This document shows positions 47,030-55,501 of a DNA stretch of 64,000 nucleotides, piece by piece. The stretch lies in the NCBI GenBank assembly GCA_020523885.1, contig JAJAPY010000002.1, forward strand, positions 236,023 to 300,022. The letters are read 5' to 3'. Position 1 is the stretch's first letter; each line of letters opens with the position of its first letter. Under the pieces are notes generated by a model that did not search any database, had not been told where the DNA came from, and saw only the letters and a list, made by a program, of their open reading frames with translations. The stretch comes from Candidatus Liberimonas magnetica. GTDB taxonomy: Bacteria > Elusimicrobiota > Endomicrobiia > Endomicrobiales > JAFGIL01. The position numbers and the translations under genes were made by a program.

Positions 47030-47889
47030 CACGAAAACACCTGGTAGAAAATAACGGCATTTTGCTCGGAGAATCCATCTGCGCGGTAGGCTGGGTCAAC
47101 AACACCGTCCCTAACGTTAAAGGTGTAGTTGAACTGCCCATGACGGATGTTGCCGGCTCAGGGATCGCCGTGGGTATTTCGCTTGTGGGAAGGCGGCCGA
47201 TATTTGTCATACGGTTCCAGGATTTTTTGATACTTAACGGAAGCTCTCTTATTTTTTATGCGGCGAAAATAAAAGAACTCCATAAAGCCTCAGCTCCGGT
47301 TTTTGTGCGGGCCATAGCCTCGGATTGCCTCGGGCCTGTTCATTCCGGTGTTTTGCACAGCATCTTCATGCATTTCCCGGGATTCCGGGTTTGTTCTCCT
47401 ATGACGCCAAAAGAATACAGAGCTATATGGAAAGATTATATGGCTCATGACGAACCTTTCATGTGCAGCGAGCACAGGGCGAGCTACGCTAATACCGAAG
47501 AGCTTGATGATATTATTTATAAAAATGCGGATATAACTATTTATCCTGTCTCTTCATGCAGGTTTGAAGCTGTAAAAGCGTCAAAGAGGCTCCATGAAGA
47601 CGGTATAAAATGCAATGTTGTGCACCTCGTCTGGCTAAAACCTTTTGTTATAGATAAACGCATACTCGGGCCCTTAAAACAGACACGGAAAGCGCTTGTT
47701 GTTGACCCTGGCCATGAAATCGCCGGCGCCTCAAGGTCAATAGCCTACGAATTATCTTTAGCAGGCGGGTATGCAGTAAACGCCCTGGGGCTTTTAGACA
47801 AAACAAAATGCCTGTGCCCTCCCCTGCAGAACAAGTCCCCGGATGCGGATAAAATATGTAAGAGAGTAAAAGAAATACTAAAACAGTGA
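46990..47889 (+). CDS. E1 beta-like / transketolase pyrimidine-binding + C-terminal domain subunit
   Basis: 299 aa. Overlaps the alpha gene by 40 nt. GESICAVGWV...ELPMTDVAGSGIAVG pattern typical of E1 beta. Confidence 0.7.
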   Translation: MGSKTVAETIKEITRKHLVENNGILLGESICAVGWVNNTVPNVKGVVELPMTDVAGSGIAVGISLVGRRPIFVIRFQDFLILNGSSLIFYAAKIKELHKASAPVFVRAIASDCLGPVHSGVLHSIFMHFPGFRVCSPMTPKEYRAIWKDYMAHDEPFMCSEHRASYANTEELDDIIYKNADITIYPVSSCRFEAVKASKRLHEDGIKCNVVHLVWLKPFVIDKRILGPLKQTRKALVVDPGHEIAGASRSIAYELSLAGGYAVNALGLLDKTKCLCPPLQNKSPDADKICKRVKEILKQ

Positions 47890-47975
47890 AAAACAATAGA
47901 ATAAATGAAGTTTATAAAAACAAATGGTTTTCTATAGAAGCAGTCCGTCTAAAGTATGATGACGGCCCTTATTAA
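47886..47975 (+). pseudogene. Possible 29-codon remnant of a Nudix-hydrolase-like gene
   Basis: GTG in a GTGA overlap with the E1 beta stop. MKNNRINEVYKNKWFSIEAVRLKYDDGPY resembles the N-terminal strand region of ADP-sugar/GDP-sugar Nudix hydrolases, then stops directly before hairpin + GATTACA copy E. Confidence 0.25.
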
Positions 47976-47985
47976 GGTTATTTAT

Positions 47986-48045
47986 AGACATCCTATATGA
48001 CAAGGACGTCTTGATTCCACAGATTGAAAGAGATTACAAAGATAA
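47986..48045 (+). repeat. Hairpin + GATTACA element, copy E
   Basis: AGACATCCT-atatgaca-AGGACGTCT, then TGATTCCACAGATTGAAAGAGATTACAAAGATAAAAAC. Confidence 0.7.
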
Positions 48046-48096
48046 AAACAAACAAATCTATTCAGGTATAAAGAATAGTATCCCGGGAGGAAACTC

Positions 48097-48606
48097 ATGA
48101 AAAGAGCGGTAATAATAACTGGCCCGAATTTTCAGGATGAGGAGTTCATTTATCCTTACTATCGTCTTCAGGAAGCAGGATTCAAAGTCGATGTGGCCAT
48201 AAAAGACAAGGCTGTTACAAAAGGCAAGTACGGCCTGCCGGTAAAACCTACCATGGACGTCACGGAACTTAAGGAGAAAGATTTTGACCTTGTGGTTTTG
48301 CCCGGAGGGCACGAAGCTCCGGACAGGGTCCGCCAGATAAAAGAAGTGCTTGATTTTGTAAAAGCCATGCACGATAAAGGGAAAGTCGTTTCAACTATAT
48401 GCCACGGCCCCTGGATACTAATATCAGCGGGCATAGTAAAAGGAAGGAAGATAACCGGATACGTGGGTATAAAAGATGATATTATAAATGCGGGGGCGCA
48501 GTATGTAGATTTACCGGTAGTAGTTGACGGGAACATAGTTTCAAGCCCGCACTATAAGTATAACGGCGAGTGGATGAGAGAAACATTAAAAAAATTCGGC
48601 CTATGA
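48097..48606 (+). CDS. DJ-1/PfpI-family protein
   Basis: 169 aa. Nucleophile elbow STICHGPWILISAG and LPGGHEAPD. Confidence 0.85.
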   Translation: MKRAVIITGPNFQDEEFIYPYYRLQEAGFKVDVAIKDKAVTKGKYGLPVKPTMDVTELKEKDFDLVVLPGGHEAPDRVRQIKEVLDFVKAMHDKGKVVSTICHGPWILISAGIVKGRKITGYVGIKDDIINAGAQYVDLPVVVDGNIVSSPHYKYNGEWMRETLKKFGL

Positions 48607-48641
48607 ATCTGCGTAATCGGTTTTGTTAATCTGTGTAATCA
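48607..48641 (-). repeat. GATTACA element, copy F (inverted orientation)
   Basis: AATCTGCGTAATCGGTTTTGTTAATCTGTGTAATCA is the reverse complement of TGATTACACAGATTAACAAAACCGATTACGCAGATT. Confidence 0.6.
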
Positions 48642-48662
48642 AAAATTCCGAAGGGACATTTT

Positions 48663-50378
48663 ATGGAAAAGAAATCTAAGATATATGTTGCCGGGCATAA
48701 CGGGATGCTGGGGTCTGCGATCTTGGGGAAACTTTATTCTGAAGGGTACAGGAATATCCTGGTGCGTACGCACTCTCAACTTGACCTTTCGGATCAATCC
48801 CAGGTAAAGCTCTTTTTTGAAAAAGAAAAACCGGAGTACGTGTTTTTTGCCGCGGCAAAAGTCGGTGGGATATTTGCGAATAATACGTACAGGGCTGATT
48901 TTATCTACGAAAACACGATGATGCAGTGCAATGTACTGCATCAGGCATTTTTAAATGAAGTAAAAAAGCTGATATTTTATTCCTGTGCCGATATATATCC
49001 GAAAAACTGCCCCCAGCCTGCAAAAGAAGAATATCTGCTGACCGGCCCTGTTGAGTCTACTTGTGAACCTTTCGCTGTATCGAAGATATCAGGAGTAAAA
49101 ATCTGCGAATCTTATAACAGGCAGTACGGGACCCAGTTCCTGGTCGTTGTACCTCCGAATATATACGGGCCGAACGAAAATTACGATATCATGAATTCCC
49201 AGGTTCTCCCTTCACTGCTCAGGAATTTTCACGAGGCAAAGGTCTCAAATCAGGACAAAGTGATAATCTGGGGTACGGGGCGACCTGTAAGGGATTTTAT
49301 TTTTGTAAATGATGTAGTAGATGCTTCTCTCTATTTAATGAACAATAAAACCGGGGACTTTCTATACAACGTCGGAACAGGAAAGGGGTCTTCCATTAAA
49401 GAGCTGGCAAAGGTTATCAAGAAAGCCGTAGGTTTTACAGGTGACATAGTTTATGATACAGCAAAACCTGACGGCGTCGCAAAAAAACTTCTAGATAGTT
49501 CAAGGATAAATAAATTAGGCTGGGAATGCCGCACAGAGCTTTCCAGAGGAGTTGAGCTTACTTACGGTTCATTTTTAGAGCAGGTTAAGAAAAAGGAAAT
49601 AAGGACTACCGGCGTTTCACGGGTCAAAAGCTGCCAAAAAGACAAAAAAGTTATAAATGCACGTTCAAAGAAAAGTACAGCTTCGTTAACCCAGCCCGAT
49701 TCATACTCAAATAAAGTGGTCTTAAAACCCTGGGGCTATGAATTTCTCGTTTTTGAAAACGAGTCTATAGCGGTTTGGTTCCTGCATCTAGGCCAGGACC
49801 ATTCTACCTCGATGCATTGTCATCGAAACAAAAAAACCTCGCTGGTCCTTCTTTCCGGAAAAGCCATGAATAATACATTGGACCACAGGAGGTATTTGAA
49901 AGGCGGGGATGCTGTAATTCTTGAAAAAGGGGTATTCCATTCCACCAAAGCGTTGTCGAAAGAAGGGATAGACCTCCTTGAAATAGAATCGCCTCCTATC
50001 AAAACAGACCTCCTAAGGCTGCAGGACAAGTACGGCAGGGAGTACTACGGCTACGAAGGTATAGGGGAAATGGAAACAATAAATATAAACGGGTATAACT
50101 ATTTCAATTTCACGGAATTAGAAAAGCATGTATCCTGCCCGGTAGAAACAGACAGCTATACCATAATCTTCGAGGTCTTTACAAATAACAGAGAATTTAA
50201 AAAGGGTTTTAAAACCAAAAGCGGCGAGATATGTGTTTCTTTAAGAGGCAGTATCTATGACGGCAAAGGCAATGTGGTTTTGAGTTTAGGCGACGCACAA
50301 AAGTCTGAAACATTTATTAACGACGTTTTAAGCATTAAAGAAAAATTGGTTCTCTTAAGGATAAAGTCCCAGGTATAG
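48663..50378 (+). CDS. Fusion protein: degenerate Fcl-like SDR domain + C-terminal cupin domain(s)
   Basis: 571 aa. Residues 1-~310 align by eye to Fcl ([23 protein letters not shown]), but the catalytic positions are changed. Residues ~345-460 carry a cupin pattern ([48 protein letters not shown]). Confidence 0.7.
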   Translation: [571 protein letters not shown]

Positions 50379-50382
50379 ATTT

Positions 50383-51948
50383 ATGAAAAGTAGGGTTTAT
50401 AAGATTGAGAATATAGCTGTCATTATGAACGGCCTGGATAATATAGCCGTAGCAAAGGCTTTCATAAATAAAGGCGTTTTGATCCAGTGGTCAAATAATA
50501 TAATTAAAATAAAATCTAACATACCGGCCGGGCATAGGTTTGCTTTGCATAATATTAAAAAGGGCTGGAAGGTTATCCAATACGGCAGCCCTTTTGGCAT
50601 ATCAAAAGGTATTTTTTCAGGGCAGCTAGTCCATGATAAATTGATCAGGGAGTTTAGGCATACACAGCGCCAGCTGGAGTTATTGGCCAGGAATAATAGG
50701 GTATTTGCAAAAATTGACAAGCCCGGTCATATTCCGGACAAATACTTTTATGGGATCAGGCGGAAAGGCGGCAGCATAGGAACCAGAAACTATTATATCT
50801 TGGTCCCCACTTCCTTATGTTCAAGCGACATGGCCCGGCGCATAGCTCTTTCGTTTGACGTTGACCCTGTAATCAAGAAAAAATATAAAAATATTGACGG
50901 GATCGTAGCAGCCGGCCATACTGAAGGCTGTGGATGTAATGACGGTGATATCATAGACCGGTTAGTCCTTACTTTGAAAAACACTATTTCTCATCCGAAT
51001 GTCGGCGGTGCATTGATCATTGACCTCGGATGCGAAAAAACAAATAAAAGTTATATTTCAAAGTTTTTCGATGGTTTGTCAAAAACTGGAAAACCGGTTG
51101 ATTATTTATCGATCATCGAATCAGGAGGTGATCAAGCAGCTTATAAAAAGGGGAAAGTTATAGTTTTGAAAAGGCTTAAATCTGTAAATAATATAAAAAG
51201 AGAAAAGTTCCCGTTAGAAAAACTGATAATAGGGACTGAATGCGGCGCTTCCGATACATTCTCAGGAATTACCGCAAACCCGCTGATAGGCGCAACCGTA
51301 GACATGGTCATTGGTTCAGGCGGCTCTGCTATACTTTCAGAGATGCCTGAAATGATAGGTGCAGAAGATATCCTTATAAAAAGAATGGTTTCAAAAGAAG
51401 TAATAGAAAAATATTTTAACGGCTTGAAATATTATACAGGCTTGGCCAAGAAATTAGATATTTCTATGAACGGAAACTTTGTACCCGGAAACAAAAAAGG
51501 CGGTTTGGTAAACCTGACCCTTAAAAGCCTCGGTGCTATACAGAAAGGAGGGCATTCGCCCATAGTTGATTTTGTAGATTATGCCCAGAAAATAAGTAAG
51601 AAGGGGCTGACTATTATGAACGGCCCGGGCAATGATCTTGAATCAATGACAGGGCTGACGGCTTCAGGGGCTAATGTCATATTGTTTTCTACAGGCATGG
51701 GAACACCTGAAGGAAGTTTAATAGTCCCAGTAATAAAGATACCTTCGACAACAAAAGTATTTAAGTCCCTTAAGGACGATATGGATTTCGATTCAGGTGT
51801 TCTTATCAAAGATATGAGTTTATTGAATAAGCTCGGTGAAAAACTTCTGGCTATGGTAATAAAGGTTGCTTCGGGAGAAAAAACACGGTCTGAAATCCAT
51901 AATAAAAGGTCTTTCCAGATATGGACAGCAGGCAAGTTGTCTTTATGA
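50383..51948 (+). CDS. UxaA-family (altronate/galactarate-type) sugar-acid dehydratase
   Basis: 521 aa. N-terminal SAF-like domain (IPAGHRFALHNIKKG) plus UxaA body (GTRNYYILVPTSLCS, HTEGCG, GTECGASDTFSG). Confidence 0.75.
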   Translation: MKSRVYKIENIAVIMNGLDNIAVAKAFINKGVLIQWSNNIIKIKSNIPAGHRFALHNIKKGWKVIQYGSPFGISKGIFSGQLVHDKLIREFRHTQRQLELLARNNRVFAKIDKPGHIPDKYFYGIRRKGGSIGTRNYYILVPTSLCSSDMARRIALSFDVDPVIKKKYKNIDGIVAAGHTEGCGCNDGDIIDRLVLTLKNTISHPNVGGALIIDLGCEKTNKSYISKFFDGLSKTGKPVDYLSIIESGGDQAAYKKGKVIVLKRLKSVNNIKREKFPLEKLIIGTECGASDTFSGITANPLIGATVDMVIGSGGSAILSEMPEMIGAEDILIKRMVSKEVIEKYFNGLKYYTGLAKKLDISMNGNFVPGNKKGGLVNLTLKSLGAIQKGGHSPIVDFVDYAQKISKKGLTIMNGPGNDLESMTGLTASGANVILFSTGMGTPEGSLIVPVIKIPSTTKVFKSLKDDMDFDSGVLIKDMSLLNKLGEKLLAMVIKVASGEKTRSEIHNKRSFQIWTAGKLSL

Positions 51949-52577
51949 ACAAATATAGAGCTGTCTTGTTTGACTTTGACGGTGTTATAGCCAGGACCAT
52001 GGAAGATAATTATAGAGCGTGGAAGGTTGCTCTTAAGGGACATAAGGTGTGCTTTTCCAAAAAGGAATATTTTCTCCTTGAAGGCATGAACGTTAAAAAT
52101 GTAGCACGGAAATTGCTTGGGAAAAAGAATAATAGATCCGGGTTGGTCGATAAAATATGCAAAGCTAAAGATGATTATTATTTAAACAATAATTCGTTCT
52201 CATTGTACAGCGGAGTCAAAACTCTAATATCGCGTCTAAGGAAGAAAGGCTATAAATTGGGGCTGGTCACAGGAGCAAGCAAGGTTCGCCTCGTAAAATC
52301 CGCCGGTGCAGATTTTCTTAAACGCTTTGAAGCAGTGATTACCGGAGATATGGTAAGAAAACCTAAACCGGACCCCCTGCCGTATCTTTTAGCTGCAAAA
52401 GCAATGTCGGTAAACCCTGCCCAATGCCTGGTGGTAGAGAATGCCCCTTTGGGCATTGAATCGGCAAAAAATGCAGGGATGTTCTGTGTAGCCGTGGCTT
52501 CGACTTTAAACAAGAAATATCTAAAGAAGGCGGATATTGTGATAGACAGAATACAAATGCTTGAAGGCCTACTATGA
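51945..52577 (+). CDS. HAD-IA hydrolase (beta-phosphoglucomutase/phosphatase-like)
   Basis: MNKYRAVLFDFDGVIA (DxDG motif), GLVTGAS, KPKPDP, ENAPLGIESAKNAGM. The ATG at 51945 forms an ATGA overlap with the uxaA-like stop. The track start at 51921 is an alternative. Confidence 0.8.
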   Translation: MNKYRAVLFDFDGVIARTMEDNYRAWKVALKGHKVCFSKKEYFLLEGMNVKNVARKLLGKKNNRSGLVDKICKAKDDYYLNNNSFSLYSGVKTLISRLRKKGYKLGLVTGASKVRLVKSAGADFLKRFEAVITGDMVRKPKPDPLPYLLAAKAMSVNPAQCLVVENAPLGIESAKNAGMFCVAVASTLNKKYLKKADIVIDRIQMLEGLL

Positions 52578-52584
52578 AGCAGTT

Positions 52585-52790
52585 TTGTATTTCTCAGTCT
52601 CCGCTATGTTCTTATGATGCCTCACTTTGCGGTAAGACCGCGAGGTATCAAGAGGTATTGTCATCGCGAGGTCGCTTTGGCGACCGTGGCGATCTCGACG
52701 TTGCAACATCATTTTTAGATTGCTTCTCCCGCTTTGCGGTATCGCAATGACAGATAGGGAACCCTGCGGAAGCCACAGAAAATTGCAAGT
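52585..52790. repeat. Cluster of GC-rich hairpin repeats in an AT-rich spacer
   Basis: Contains ATCGC-ga-GGTCGC-tttg-GCGACC-gtg-GCGAT, GATTGCTTCTCCCGCTTTGCGGTATCGCAATGACA and CACTTTGCGGTAAGACCGCGAGGT. Confidence 0.6.
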
Positions 52791-52814
52791 TAAAAATTGT
52801 GATAGGACCTATTA

Positions 52815-54284
52815 ATGCAGCAAAAAATCGACATTGTCTTGATCAATCCGGGTGACAGAAAATATAACTACCAGGCGCTCGGCCTAGACCTGGCTGCCAT
52901 CGAACCTCCTTTCTTGATAGCAGTGACCGCCTCATACCTCAGGAATAAAGGGTTCAACGTTGCAGTAATAGATTCGAATGCTGAAAATATAACACCTGAA
53001 GAGACGGCAATGAAAGTGAAGCGGTTAGACCCGTTTCTTGCAGCAGTCATAGTTTACGGTTCAAACCCTCAGGCATCGACTCAGAACATGACGGTTGCAG
53101 GAAGGATATGTAAAGAAATAAAAAACGATACGCCGTCCAGGGTTATAATAGGCGGGCTGCACCCTTCCGCACTGCCAAAACAGACATTAGAAGAAGAAAC
53201 TGTGGATTTTGTAATTGAAGGCGAAGGGCCTTATACTCTTGAATCTTTGCTTGGAATTTTAAAAACAGGTAAAAGTGATTTCAAAAATATCCCAGGTCTT
53301 TGGTATAAGGAAAACGGTAAAACAAAAAATAACGGCAGGGCTACTCTCATCGGAGACCTTGATGAAGTATTGCCTATAGGGGCGTGGGACCTTCTGCCGA
53401 TGGATAAATATAAGGCGCATAACTGGCATTGTTTTGACGATATTGAGAACAGGAAGCCTTACGGAGCTATCTATACAAGCCTGGGGTGCCCGTTCTCATG
53501 CGTGTTTTGCTGCATTAATGCGCCGTTCGGAAAGCCGGGAATCCGTTACCGCAGCCCTAAATTGGTTGTTGACGAATTATCCCTGTTAAATGAAAAGTAT
53601 GGTGTAAAAAATGTTAAGATAGCGGATGAATTGTTCATTTTTAGTAAAGAGCATTATATGGCTATCGTAGACCTCATCATAAAAAGAGGGCTTAAGCTTA
53701 ACCTGTGGGCGTATGCAAGGATAGATACGATCGACTTTAATTTCTTGAAGAAAATGAAAGAAGCCGGCATAAACTGGCTGGGTATTGGCATAGAATCTGC
53801 CAACGAATCTGTCCGCGACGGGGTTCATAAACAAATGCGCAGAAAAGATATAGTAAACGTAGTAAGGAAAGTGCAGGAGGCAGGCATAAGGGTGGGAGCA
53901 AATTATATTTTTGGATTGCCGGATGACACGATGCAAACCATGCAGGAGACTCTGGACATGGCATTGGAAATAAATTCCGAGTGGGCGAACTTTTCATGTG
54001 CTATGGCATATCCGGGCTCGAAACTTTATGAAATAGCTATTAAAGAAAAATTGAAGCTTCCCAAAGGCTGGCACAACTACTCTCCTTATGCCAAGGATAT
54101 CTTGCCTCTTCCTACCAAGTATTTAAGCCCCGTAGAAGTTCTGCGGTTCAGGGACAATGCATTTAATAAATATTTTGGAAACCCTAATTATTTAAATATG
54201 ATTGAAACTAAATTCGGTACAAGAGTAAAAGAGCATATACTTGCTATGACTAAAACAAAACTCGAACGGATTTTATTGCAATGA
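52815..54284 (+). CDS. B12-binding-domain radical SAM enzyme (class B)
   Basis: 489 aa. N-terminal cobalamin-binding-like Rossmann region and the CxxxCxxC motif in YTSLGCPFSCVFC. Confidence 0.85.
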   Translation: MQQKIDIVLINPGDRKYNYQALGLDLAAIEPPFLIAVTASYLRNKGFNVAVIDSNAENITPEETAMKVKRLDPFLAAVIVYGSNPQASTQNMTVAGRICKEIKNDTPSRVIIGGLHPSALPKQTLEEETVDFVIEGEGPYTLESLLGILKTGKSDFKNIPGLWYKENGKTKNNGRATLIGDLDEVLPIGAWDLLPMDKYKAHNWHCFDDIENRKPYGAIYTSLGCPFSCVFCCINAPFGKPGIRYRSPKLVVDELSLLNEKYGVKNVKIADELFIFSKEHYMAIVDLIIKRGLKLNLWAYARIDTIDFNFLKKMKEAGINWLGIGIESANESVRDGVHKQMRRKDIVNVVRKVQEAGIRVGANYIFGLPDDTMQTMQETLDMALEINSEWANFSCAMAYPGSKLYEIAIKEKLKLPKGWHNYSPYAKDILPLPTKYLSPVEVLRFRDNAFNKYFGNPNYLNMIETKFGTRVKEHILAMTKTKLERILLQ

Positions 54285-55501
54285 ACGATAAAAAGATGTT
54301 GTTAATTTATTACAGGAATAAAGAGACCTTGAGCGAGGTTGGGAATATTTTGATAGACCTGTCTGCAAGCTTAGGCGGTTTTTTTATTGATTATAAAGAC
54401 CTGTATTTTCAAAAAGGCAACAAAGGGACGGAAGGGTATATAGAAAGCTTCGTACAGGACAATAAAATAGACATCGTTATGTTCTGGAGTGAGGCAACCG
54501 GCTTTCATTTTAGCGTAGAATTCTTTGCGAAGTTAAGAAAAAACCTGTACACCGTGATGCTTGTCGGGGATACAGAATACTATTTTGAGGTAAGGGACAG
54601 GTACTATGCACAAGCCATGGACCTGGTAGTTGTTTTTAATAAACCATGCATAAGTTATTATAAATTGATAGGCATAGAAGCGATAGTCTGCTATAGTTTC
54701 TTTGACGGAAAATATTATAAGAAATATCCCGGTCTTAAAAAAGATATGGATGTTTCCTTTGTAGGCCTGCATTCCTGCCACAGCAGGCGCTTAGAGTATC
54801 TTGAATATTTAAAAGCCAACGCTATACCCGCCGTAAGTTATGGGCCGAACTCAGTTAACGGGCCGGTAAGTGCGGAACGTCTGGTAGAAATCATAAACAA
54901 AACTAAGATCAATCTGAATTTTACCGACGCTCTTGATTCAACGCGCCTGACAAGGAATTTAAAGGTACATAAATTGTTAAAGCAGCCAAAAGGACGTATT
55001 ACACAGGCCGCACTCTGCGGCGGGTTTGTGCTGTCCGAGTATGCTTACGGTATAGAAGATACTTTCGAGATCGGCAAAGAGATAGACGTGTTTTACAGCA
55101 AGGACGACCTTTTGGAAAAAGTAAGGCACTACCTGAAAAATTACGATAAAAGGGAAGCTATGGCCCTAAGCGCCTACAAAAAAGCCGTTGAGCTCTACGA
55201 CGGAAATAAAGGCATACCACAGCTTTTTAATAAAATAAAAGAGATGTCTATTAAAAAGCGGCAGGGGCAGAGAAAACTTTACCTGGATAAAGTCTTTATT
55301 GCGAATTATTCCACTTTCAGGGTTTTATTGATTATAAAATTCTTAAAAAGGCTGCAGCTGGGGTATGCCGTAGAAGAATTTTTATTGCTTTTAAAATGCA
55401 GGAAGTTAGACCTGTACCAGGTGCTGGTATTCATAAAAGAAGAAATAATCGACAACATAGCTCCGGTCAGACGATTCCTGAACTATTGTAAGCGGCCATG
55501 A
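54281..55501 (+). CDS. CgeB-like / Glyco_trans_1_2-like putative glycosyltransferase
   Basis: 406 aa. Central DVSFVG...RRLEYLEYL and C-terminal GRITQAALCGGFVLSEY...FEIGKEIDVFYSKDDLLEKVRHYL pattern seen in CgeB-type GT-B C-terminal domains. ATGA overlap with the upstream rSAM gene. Confidence 0.45.
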   Translation: MNDKKMLLIYYRNKETLSEVGNILIDLSASLGGFFIDYKDLYFQKGNKGTEGYIESFVQDNKIDIVMFWSEATGFHFSVEFFAKLRKNLYTVMLVGDTEYYFEVRDRYYAQAMDLVVVFNKPCISYYKLIGIEAIVCYSFFDGKYYKKYPGLKKDMDVSFVGLHSCHSRRLEYLEYLKANAIPAVSYGPNSVNGPVSAERLVEIINKTKINLNFTDALDSTRLTRNLKVHKLLKQPKGRITQAALCGGFVLSEYAYGIEDTFEIGKEIDVFYSKDDLLEKVRHYLKNYDKREAMALSAYKKAVELYDGNKGIPQLFNKIKEMSIKKRQGQRKLYLDKVFIANYSTFRVLLIIKFLKRLQLGYAVEEFLLLLKCRKLDLYQVLVFIKEEIIDNIAPVRRFLNYCKRP

